Under the pieces are notes generated by a model, which saw only the letters and a list, made by a program, of their open reading frames with translations, searched no databases and had not been told where the DNA came from. The translations under genes and the position numbers were made by a program. This document shows positions 36,001 to 46,668 of a stretch of DNA of 64,000 bases, one piece after another. Each line of letters opens with the position of its first letter. Positions within the stretch are counted from its first letter, which is position 1. Origin of the DNA: Macrostomum lignano (taxonomy: Eukaryota). The DNA lies in the NCBI GenBank assembly GCA_002269645.1, contig NIVC01000947.1:366526-430525 (forward strand), read 5' to 3'.

Positions 36001-37583
36001 GAGTGCGCCTCGACGACCAGCTCGCATTCAACAAACAGGGGGCCGACGTCCGCGCTCGTATGTGCGCTCGGCGCCGTCCGCTTGCGGCGCTAGCCAACCG
36101 CAGCACCGGAGCCGACCACCATACGCTGAGAGCCGCCTACGTCAGCACTGTCAGGGCTGTCGCCGACTACGCCGCGGGCACCTGGCTCTGCGGGGCAGCC
36201 CCCTCAACAAGGCACTCCATCGAGCGTCAACAGGCTGCCTGTGCCAGGATCATCACAGGCTGCATCCTTCCTTCGGACACGCGAAGCGTTCTCCGTCTTG
36301 CCGAGCTCCCACCGGTCAGCCACGTCGCCTCCGAAAGAGCCGCCCGCCTCCGGGAAAGGATCCTGAGATTGGGCCCAGGCGCAGCAGCACACGAACCTGC
36401 TACCAGGAGCACGCGCCCGAGGCTGAAGAACCGCACCTACGAGGCTGGGCAGAGGAGACCAACGACAACGGACGCCCAAATTGACACGCCCCACATCGAC
36501 CTCAGAGACACTAGGCGCCCTTTCCGCAACTGCTGGCGCCGAGCGGCACTAGAGATGCCAGCCAGCGTCGATCTCGACCAGTACATCAGAGACGACATAT
36601 GTAGTCCCGGTATCGCTCCCTGGGAGGCACACACGGACAGAATCCGGTTCTGTCTGGAGGCAGCCTCGAGGTGCAGCAAATCGGACCCGTCCGCCGACCG
36701 GAACGCAGCCGCCCGCGACACCCTGGAGGACCTACCTGAAGCAGACATCAACATTTGGACGGACGGCTCCGTTGCCGACGGCACAGGGCCAGGAGGCAGC
36801 GCCGCCATCATCGGTACTAACCTGGTGACCTTCGTCCGGAAGAGCCCAGCTGGCCGCTTCTGCAGCTCATTCGACGCTGAGATGCGCGCTATCAAAGACG
36901 CCCTCACCTTTGTCGCGGAGAAGATCGCCCCTCGCGCAGCCCGCATCCGGCTGTGCAGCGACTCGCTATCGTCGCTCACGGCCCTGCAAGCGGGCCCCCT
37001 AGATCAGCGCACCGAGAGTGGCCTCTCCTGCTGGCGTTTCCTCATCAGCCTGGGCACCTGCGACCTCAATGATATTGACCTCGCCTGGGTCCCTGCCCAC
37101 TGCGGCATACCCGCTAACGAAGCGCGGACAGAGCTGCGAACGCCGCAGCCCGCTTGCCGCAAACCACGGCTGCCATTTCGCTGGGCGCTGCCAAGGCTGC
37201 CATCCGCCGTGACCGCCGTGCGCTGGACGACAGCGCTATGCCCCGGCCTGGCCAACCTTCCACGCTAGAAGCCGGACCGAGCACACGGCGGTCTGCCAAC
37301 TCCGAGCCGGTGCCTCAATGCTCGCCGCCGAGGTCCGACACCGTTTCGGCCTGACGGACTCCCCGCTCTGCCAGGACTGCGGGGCACCGGACTCGAGCCT
37401 GCACGCGATCTACAGCTGCCCGAGGGGGGACGCGCACCGCACTCGCCTGGTCGGCACTGAAGTGGAGCGCCTCCTTACCGAACCGGGCTTGGCCCTCTCG
37501 CTCCTCCGGAACATGGGGCGTTGGCCCCCGTCTATTTCGGCGCCGCCGCGCCGCTGACGAGCGCATGAGAAGAAAGAAAAAGA
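32959..37583 (+). mobile_element. Ingi-like (I-group) non-LTR retrotransposon A: single ORF APE-RT-RNase H-CCHC, near-intact (two frameshifts near the C-terminus)
   Basis: LQFNCNG, LQETKL, VAGDFNAH, LGSDHLPI; LPQGSVL, YADD (35760); RNase H WTDGS..AEMRAI..SDSLS..WVPAHCGIPANE; CQDC..H...C. GAA-rich tail; flanked by 12-bp TSD AATCCGACACCC. Confidence 0.92.
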
Positions 37584-37595
37584 AATCCGACACCC

Positions 37596-37673
37596 GGGGG
37601 CTTGGAGACGACGTCCACGACGTGCCCCTGGACCGACCGAGAAATCGCGTCGGAGTACCGACTAACGGTCTCC
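37596..37673 (+). ncRNA. HDV-like self-cleaving ribozyme at the 5' end of element B
   Basis: P1 GGGGGC/GCCCCT with G1-U wobble; P2 GGAGAC-G/C-g-GTCTCC; P3 ACG/CGT; L3 TCCACGA; P1.1 GG; P4 CCGAC/GTCGG with a GAAA loop; J4/2 CTAA (C37662). Confidence 0.8.
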
Positions 37674-40600
37674 CCTACCACCGAACCTGCGAAGAGATGC
37701 ACACGGTGCTCAGGCTGCGAGGCGGCGACTCCACCATCGCCCCAGCCAACCACCGCAAGACACGCCGTACACGCCGTAGCGCCCGGAAACGTCGAGACGG
37801 ACGGCCCAGCGCAGAGCCGGATCAAGAGCTCCGAGCGCTTCAGTTCAACGCCAACGGACTGAAAGCACGCCTCACAGAGCTGACCCATTGGCTCGCCAAG
37901 AACCGCCCGGCCCTCGTCCTCATCCAGGAGACAAAGCTCGTGCCCGACGAGGAGTTCACCCCACCAACCGACTACTGCATCGCAGCGCGAGTCGACGGAC
38001 TCCCCTACAACGAGGAAACGGAGAGCGCTCGAGACGACAACACGGACACCAACAATGCCGGCACCCAACAACAGCAACAGCAACGACCTGTGGCCCGCAC
38101 CGCGACCAGGCGAGTGACGAGACCACGGTGCCGCCTCCGTTTCCCAGACGATCGGGCCAGATGGTGCCGCGGATGCCGCAGTGGACGTACCGCCTGTACC
38201 GAACGCGACGCCCCGTGGCCAGGCACAGATGCAGGCCCCGAGCAAACCGAGGCCGGAGAACGAGAGGAGACGGGCGCGCCACTAGCCGGGAGAAAACCAA
38301 AAAGGCAAAAAAAATCAACCGGCAGGGGCGGCGTCCTGATCATGACTCGCTCGGACGTGAGGTACAGCACACTACCCACGATCCCACAGGACCAAGGCAA
38401 ACTCGATGCGGCCGCCATCATCCTTCACATCACTGGCAAGTCCCCCATCACCGTCGTTAATATCTACGCCCCGCCAACCAGCGCCCAGCGCCAGGACACT
38501 TGGGCTCCGAACTTCGACACCCTGCCCGTGGGCCCCAACTCCATCATCTGTGGCGATTTCAACGGCCACGGCTGCTGGGACAGGTGGACGATGAAGACGC
38601 TAGGGGACACCTCATCGAACACTGGAGCGCGACTAACGGCCTCCACGTCTGTAACGGAACCAGCCACACCAGGAGCAGCCCGAGCAGCGGATCCCGGAGC
38701 TCACCCGATCTGACGCTGGCAAAGGGATTCCTGACCGCGATCATCCCGGCGGGTTGGAGGACCGAAAAGGATATGGGCAGCGACCATCTCCCCATCACCT
38801 TCCCGCTGGCAATGGCAAGGCGCGAACTCAAGCACGGTATCACTCGCTGGAGCTTCGCCAAGGCCGACTGGCCCGCCTTCAGACAACATCTAGCCGACAT
38901 CCAAGGACCCCAGGACTGGGGTGACGTGGACCCTGAACACGCGGCCCTCTGCGCCGACATCATCGAGGCCGCCACTCAGGCGATCCCCAGAGGCAGCCCC
39001 AAAAACAACCGCTGCCCTTTCTGGACCCCAGACTGCGAAATCAGCCGGCAAGCCTGCATCAGAGCAAGGGCGACGGCCGAGTCCGACCCGACCCCAGAAA
39101 ACCTCGCGGCCTACAACGCAGCTCGACATACCGCCAGCAATACCATCCGCAAAGAGCGCAGAGGCTTCCTGGAAGACCGCGCCAGCGAAATGACGGTTGA
39201 TAGCAACCTCTTCCGGCTCCTGCGCGCAGCCAGAGGAGATACGCCAGTCCCGCGCGGCAAAGTCGACATCACCCGGAAGTCGGCCGACGGCGTCGAGCTC
39301 CGACCGGCGCGCACCGACAAAGAAAAGGCAGACACTTTCTGCCAAATCTACGCCGCTGCCGCCAGGGTCCCCCGCCGACAGGAGGACTACAAGATCCGCT
39401 ACGAGGCAAGACGCGCCAGGAGACGACCAGCCCAGCCGCCGGTACCCTTCACTCTCCTGGAGCTCAGATCAGCTATCCGACAACTCAAATCCGGCAAAAG
39501 CGCCGGAGATGACGGCGTTACGAACGAGATGCTCAAACGCCTCCCACCGGCCACCGACCAACGCCTCCTGGACCTCATCAACCGCACGTGGATACAACAG
39601 CGCTGCCCCAGAAGCTGGAGGTCGGCAATCATCATCCCAATTGCCAAAAAAGGAAAAGACGCTACCCTCCCAACATCCTACCGACCGGTGGCCCTTACGA
39701 GCTGCATCGCCAAATGTGCGGAGAGGATGGTGCTCCAAAGACTCAACCGCCAGCTCGAAACCAACGGCTCCCTGTCCCCGGCACAAGCCGGATTTCGCAG
39801 AGGCCGCAGCACCGAGGAGCAGCTCGCCAGGGTCTGTCAGGACATCTTCGACGGCCTGGAACGCTCTCCACCGCACAGGAGCATCCTCGCGTGCATGGAC
39901 TTCAAAGGAGCCTACGAAACGGTCTGGAAGGAAGGCCTCGTTGTGAAGATGACTCGAGTAAAGATTGACCAGAACATCATCGGCTGGACGGAAGCCTTCC
40001 TTTCCGACCGACGCGCAAGAGTCCGCTTCGGGCGCACCCTGAGCTGCCAGCGCGTCTTCCGAGAGGGACTCCCACAAGGCTCGGTCCTGGCGCCAACTCT
40101 CTGGAACATCTACGTGAATGACCTAGAGAAGGCAGTCACGACAGCAGCGCCGGACTGCGGCATCAGCCTCTACGCCGATGATTCGGCTGTCCTCAGCACC
40201 CAGCCCTCACTGGCGGGCTGCGGAGCCAGGATACAACCGGCACTCGACGCTATAGCCAACTGGACCAAAGAGTGGAAAATCACCCTGAGTACCAGCAAGT
40301 GCAACTACTCAACATTCACGCTCGCCCCCAACGAGGTGAATGGCAAGCTCCGGGTCCCGCTCGAGCTAGCCGGCGAGCCACTCCAGTTTGAAGAACACCC
40401 GACCTTCCTGGGCCTCATCCTGGACTGCCAGCTGAACTTCGCCAAGCACGCAGCCAACGTCTGCCGCCGCATGAGCCGACGCCGACGCGCTCTCGCCGAC
40501 CTCGCGAACCGCGCGGTAGGAGCCACCCAGGAGGTGCTCCGGACGGCCTACCAGGCAACCATCCGCGCCGTGGCCGAATACGGATGCGGAGTCTGGGGAG

Positions 40601-41977
40601 CCAGCGCGGCACCGAGTACCAAACTGCTTATCGAACAGCAACAGAACAGCTGCGCAAGAATCATCACCGGATGCATGCTCCCAACTCGAACCACGGAGCT
40701 GCTTCGGACGGCCAACCTCCCCCCCTTTGGCCACACCATCCTGGAACGCGCCGCCTGCCTCCGAGAACGGGTGCTGCGCCTCCCGGAGGACGTCCCAGCA
40801 CACCGGACTGCGGCCAGAGACACCACCAGCAGACTACGAAACCGCGCCTACGAGAGCGCCCGCCGACAAGAAGAGGCAATTTTTAACGCGCTACTAGACA
40901 ACGACTACAAGCGCCCTTTCCGCGGCTGCTGGCGGCGAATCGCGAGAGAAATCACCGGCCCCTGCGGCCTCGAAGACCGGCCCAGAGAGCCGTTCCCGCC
41001 ACCGCCGCCCGATCTGGCACACCTCGCGCTCAACCGGTACAGCCAGACTTTCGACCTCACCCTCGCCGACGGCTGCGGCAGAGCAGTCCCGACGAGCGTC
41101 CGCCGCGACAGGGCGATGTCAGCTCTCGAGCAGCTGACACCCTGTGACATCGACGCGTGGACGGACGGCAGCGTCAAGGAGGGCATCCACGACGCATGGG
41201 GCGCCGCGGTGGTCTGCACCCGCCTCTGGTGTCAAAAGATCACCGCCCCGGCTGGCCGGATCGCATGCAGCTTCCAGGCGGAGATGGTCGCGATCAGCGC
41301 CGCCCTCGACTACATTACTCAACTCCCGCCAGAGCACGGCCTTACAGTGCGGATCCTCAGCGACTCCAAATCAGCACTCACGGCCCTCCAGAGCGGCCCC
41401 AGTAGGCAGGTCACCGCCGCCGGAAGCCGCTGCTGGGAGGTACTGGCCCACATGTCGCGCCCGTGCGAATTCGTCTGGGTTCCGGCCCACTGCGACGTCC
41501 CGGGCAACGAGCAAGCAGACCGCTGCGCCAACGAAGCTAGACGCGGCCAACAGCAGGACGAACCCATTACGCTGCAGGCCGCCAAGGCCGCCATCCGACG
41601 CGCGCGGTCCGCCCAAGACCAGGAACTGCTTGGACGCCCCTGGCAACGACCACCACGACACCTGACCAGGAAAGAAACGGTGGCGATTAACCAACTCAGA
41701 GCCGGGTGCTCCACCCTGGCCGGGGCCACACGTCACCGGGTCGGCCTGACTGAGAACGCCAGCTGTCCCGACTGCGGGGCGCCCGACACGGAGGAGCATA
41801 TCATCCTTGAATGCCCACGCGGCGACGCCCTTCGGGCGAGCACTGAGGACGAGAGGGACATCCGCGACGACCCGGAGCGCCTTCTCGCCCTCCTTCGCAG
41901 GTTGGGGCGCCTCTGAGCGCCCTCCCCCCAGCTGCCAGCGGCAGCGTTGTGGGGCGGTGGAAGAAAAGAAGAAGAAG
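37596..41977 (+). mobile_element. Ingi-like non-LTR retrotransposon B: APE-RT-RNase H-CCHC, one frameshift (~38580), stop at 41916
   Basis: LQFNANG, IQETKL, ICGDFNGH, MGSDHLPI; LPQGSVL, YADD (40171); WTDGS..AEMVAI..SDSKS..WVPAHCDVPGNE; CPDC..H...C. (GAA)n tail; same 12-bp TSD. Confidence 0.92.
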
Positions 41978-42309
41978 AATCCGACACCCCGCTATTTGGC
42001 ATTGGCCCATCTAATGTAAGTGGCAAATTTTTTTAGTGAATCAAAACGTATACGAAAACAGTTTTAAGAGCGAATAGCATAATTTTGGTATTGAATACCT
42101 CCATCTTAGTCTTCTAGCACTTAATTGAAAAATTAAAGCTTAGTTTCTATAGTGCAACGTTTCGACCCTTCATGTATCGAAGAATCATAAAAATGTTTAA
42201 AAAGTTGAATATCTAAGATGGATTCTAAAATATTTTTGAAGAGATTCATTGTTACACAGCGAGGACTACTTTTTTGTATTATAAAATGCGTAATTTAAAA
42301 TGTATCTTA

Positions 42310-44755
42310 ATTTTTCGGGACTAAATGGCGAGATTTACAACTTTCTGGATGCTGCGTCATATTTAGACGTATTTGAGCTGCACAAGCGAGAACCTCTTTT
42401 TTCCATCCGAAGAAGACGCATGTAATCAGCGCCGTACTGGCAAGACCTATTTCTTTTGGTCCATCCGATTCGTCTAGAAAAAGTCAAAGACTCTGGAAGA
42501 CGACGCCGGCTGTTTGCCTTGCTATGAGCTGATACTGGAGTGTATCGAAGCGACTTAGGTATCGCTCGCGACATAAGGGCCGAACCAGTTCGGAAAGAAG
42601 AGGCGGAGACGTCAGAAAATGTCGCTGTGTTTGAAGCAACAGAGTCTCGATTCAAAACTCTTGATTTGATCTGGCGTCGCGTCTCTGCAGGTCTTGGTCG
42701 GGACATCTTTCTGACTGACCTTTTAAATCTTGATGTGTTGGAAGCGACATGTCTCTATCAAGTCGGCGGGAGAAGCTCCCAAATTCAGATTTTGGCCCTT
42801 AGGTGGCTCATCAGGCGCCTGCTAGAACGGCTTTCGCGGCCAACGCAAGCATCCAATCAGCTGCTGGATGAATTAAAATGCACCGGCGAACTACTCATCA
42901 ACGCTGACCAGCTGCTGCTGAACCCAACGTCTCGAGCAGCGAAAAAAGCGAAGATTGCGTCGAGGCGCTATCGAACTTCAGAAGTTCGGCGAAGTCAAGA
43001 TGACGCTTGGTGCCTTCAGATCATGAAGAAACTGCAAACTTCTTGGAAATTTCACGCGCAAATTCCTGTCTTCTCTCTGTTCCCATTGATTAGCGAGGGC
43101 ACTCGCAGATCTCGATGGACGAGATCCGATTTTACGGAACGTTATTCAAAGTTCAGCACATGATTTTTCAACAGATGCACTACGACGCCTACAGGTAAAA
43201 TTTTTTAAACCGATTGTCCATGTGTCAGTCTGTCTGTCTGTCAATTCGTCTATCTATTTCGTCCCTTTCTACTTCCTCTCTTCATATGTCTACTCTGCGT
43301 ATCTACTATCTCACTATTTATCTTTCTGTAAAATATCTTCAAAAAATTTTAAATGTACACCCATGCATTCTGCATAGATATGTTACTTGCTTTATATTCG
43401 TCTAAAATTAATATTAATATTAATAATATTATTATTATTATATTACCTAAGTTATATTTAAACCACTTTATTTTTCTGCAGGTTTTTGCGCCTCTATCAT
43501 GTGATCGACGCAGCATACTTCCAGCAGCAGTCGGACGGATCAGCTTCATCCACTGCAAACAGAAACAGAACAGAGAACTACTTTTTTCCAGGTGCTGTTA
43601 CGGTTTCTGGAGGCCAACTGCCGCGATGAGCTGCTGACAAGCGAGTTCATAGACAACCAGCCGCTGCTTCCTGCAGTATTTGAGCCCAACGTTGGTTTCG
43701 GCCCGTATGCAACGCGTTGCGGTGGCAATGAGCGCGTCAACTTGTTGCTCAGGAAATTGTCAGGAAAAAAAGAGGTAACCCTTACGCTTCACTTTCTCAT
43801 TTTAACCATAAATCGCTCAAATCAAGTTTGACCAAAAATAATTTCCAAGAATTATCTTGGCCAGAGCCATTCAACGATATTTTAATCAAACCCACGATAC
43901 TAAAAGTAAATCTACCTTAAAACACAGATTAACGCAACACACATCCGCCGAGCCCATGCGACCTTGTCCAACCGATTTCTGACGGACTCCGAGGAAAAGG
44001 CAGTCGTCCAGGCTCGACGGCACTTACCTGATGTCGCCGAACAATTCTATCAGGCCAAAAATCTCGTGGCGACGTTGGCTGCTCTGCGCACGATGAAGAT
44101 AGACTTGCTGCTCTTCCCGTACCTGAAGACCGAGTCGTCAGCCTTCCGAACCTAGTCGATGAAGAGGACGATGACGGACGACGCGACGGAAGGTAAGCAC
44201 AGAATATTTTGATTCAGTTATTCAGTGCTTCATCAAAATAGCAATACTCATCTCTCATCTCATCTCACTTTTATATTTCCCCCATTTCCACTTTCCACTT
44301 TCTCTCTCTTTTCCACTTACATCTACGACTCTCATTCTCTCATTCTTTACTCGCTTTTTTAATACTTTCCTCTTCTGCCGCTCTTCTCAATTTTACCAAA
44401 AAATATTTCTTCATTATTCTATTAATTTAGTCGCCTATTCTTATAAATGAATCTCCTACAAAAAATCAGGAAACGACTTTCTGCAATTCTGGAAAGCAGC
44501 CCTGGACCCGAGGAGCTGCAACTGCAGCCGGAGCCAAAACGGTTGCGCGCAACTAGCGACTACGTGGCGTCGTCGCCTAGCGCTCCGACTACGTCGACCC
44601 AAGCTACACTGAGCGCTAGCCTTTTTAATGCCGCGGCTACCATCAGCTCAATTTCTGAAGACAGTCAGCAGCCGCAACCACCACCCACCAGACAATTTTA
44701 TTTCACTGCGTGTTTATTTCACATTGACATTATGACCCATGCAAGTTACAATTGA
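42310..44755 (+). pseudogene. Decayed spliced gene of unknown function
   Basis: Coding-like blocks ~42310-43194, 43482-43774, ~43930-44192 and ~44433-44755 are bounded by GT-AG sites (gtaaaa 43195, ttctgcag 43481, gtaacc 43775, gtaagc 44193). Stops and frameshifts present; no family recognised. Confidence 0.4.
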
Positions 44756-45406
44756 ATATAATAAGTAAACTAATAAATATGTAGTAAAAAGCTTAAATTT
44801 AAATTTGATGTTTTATTAATGTTTGGTACAAAATGTTTTAACCAGTTGTACGATTTGTATTTTCATTTTTACTATCGTTAAAATCTCCCCAACTATACTA
44901 AATCTCTAAAGTCTGTCTATCTGTCTGTCTGTGGAATTTCACTCTACAGATTGAATGCCTCAACCATTTTTAATCGCGTTTTCTGCAAAGCATTGCAAAT
45001 TTTCCGGCCATTGTACCGATAAAATTTCCTTTGTCTGCTTCAATGATAAAGGTATTAAATATTCGAAAAACGAGTTTCTTCAATGCATTTAATGGGAGGC
45101 CAAACCAGGTAAAATTTTCGACTGACTGAATTGCAATTCCAATAGAGATTGCGCCACAACTTTTTCTCTATTCACTGTGTAGGCCTCAATACTTGCTGCA
45201 GTAAGGGAGAGTAAAATAATGCTCAGTGGCTGCGTGTGTACATTCTGACCCTGGCTGAATGGCGGACTGCATAGACAGTTTCTATTTATAGATTTCACTC
45301 AACTGTGCATTGGCTCTGCCTGCGCACTGAGCAAGCCTATCACTGCTATGTATTTGACTGCAGTGCCGAAGCATATATGGCTGATTTTCTCAACTTTCCA
45401 TGAATA

Positions 45407-45485
45407 GGCGGAGTAGCCGCACTGTAGGCACTAGGTTGAGGCTGGCCGCAAGGTCCCAGGTTCGAGTCCACCTGGCTGCGAACAC
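45407..45485 (+). mobile_element. tRNA-like SINE head / Pol III A and B box
   Basis: TAGCCGCACTGTAG (A-box-like) and GGTTCGAGTCC (B box, 45459-69); no clean cloverleaf. Confidence 0.45.
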
Positions 45486-46668
45486 TTAAAATTGAATTAA
45501 TTTATTTTGATTTGTAACTTATGCATCGACTAATTAGAACATCTTTAGATTAATTGCGATTGAAGCATTTTTTATTAAGTAATTATTTTTGCTTTGTAAA
45601 ACTGCCTCGAGTATTGCTGATCTCATCAATGGGGGTATTGCCAGACTCCATTAAAGTATGAAAAATGCTAAACTGCAGACAATGCTGCTAAAGTGTTGAA
45701 GGCAATGCTAAATCCTGAGTTGTGCAAAAGTCTTCCGATATGTATCGAATATTGATTAGTGAGTCGTACTAAATGCTGAGAAAATTTAGTTTTTGAAGGA
45801 GACTGAGGAGTCGGCCGAGAGGAGAACTGCAGACTGCTAAGGGGATAAATTATGTAGACTGCAAAAATGACATGGCTGCAGACTGCTGAGGGGATTACTG
45901 CGGACTGCTGAGTGAAATATTGTAGTTTGCTGAGAGGACAACTCTAGATGCTGGAGAAAACTGAAGACATCACCATATACTAATCCCCCTATAATAAATT
46001 TGCTAACCTGCATAGGGGAAGTTTCAGTCTTTTCAGTCTACTGAGTGAACATCGGCAGATACGTTACGCCAGCTGCGGCCTGCTTTTGGGGTAAATTCTA
46101 AATTTATAATACTTTTATAATTCTACATTGATAATTATAAAGCTAAGCAGCTGAATACTTGATATTCCACCTCTCACTTTCTTTTCGACAAGTTTTTAAA
46201 GTGCAGAACCTCTCTCTGTAATGATATACTTATATATAATTATCTCTTGTGATTCATTGTGCACTCCCAAGCTCACACACGGGGTAGTAGCCCCCGCAAC
46301 TGCAACCCCTTGAATGTACATACATGTATGGAAGTTAACTTCTGTGTGAACTCGATAAACATTGGCCAACAATCATGCAGTTCGCAATTGCTGAAAATCA
46401 ATAACTCAGTGTGCGCACCCCAAGCTCGGCGCTGATTGACTGAAATCAATAAATCTCTCAGACTTGCTCTGCTGCGGATATAGTCTGATTGGCTGCATGC
46501 ATATTTGTCAATGTTTCAAATATTTTGTGTACATTTACTACGTTGTTTTGCGACTTGGGTAGTTCTGACGTTGTGCCAGCAAATATTTTATTACATTTAA
46601 GTAACCATTTAAGGGTCAGCTGGAACTGTTTTAACATTAACTCAATTATCGTTGCAGTCATCTACACA

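Larger units (their letters stand above)
32883..42015 (+). pseudogene. Interrupted 102-bp exon (32883-32958 plus 41990-42015), TADGTTPGDETAGEGGEQQQQQSDTPLFGIGPSN
   Basis: Removing both retroposons and the extra TSD copies restores an open phase 0-0 exon between acceptor tttccaaaacag| and donor |gtaagt (42016). Confidence 0.6.

Noticed and set aside
41970-41995. GAATCCGACACCCCGC as a tRNA T-arm/acceptor end (tRNA- or snRNA-targeted insertion)
   Set aside because: The reconstructed empty site lacks GTTC and any cloverleaf or U-snRNA similarity and reads better as an exon. I could not test for a spliced-leader gene without the species SL sequence.
32868-42026. Many overlapping antisense and alternate-frame ORFs across the two retroposons
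   Set aside because: Expected in GC-rich coding DNA; they contain no motifs.
42420-42460. QRRTGKTY as a Walker A motif
   Set aside because: It lacks the first Gly of GxxxxGKT, lies in a short frame between stops, and has no Walker B.
45407-45485. Functional tRNA gene
   Set aside because: A and B boxes are present, but the acceptor and anticodon stems do not pair; treated as SINE-like.
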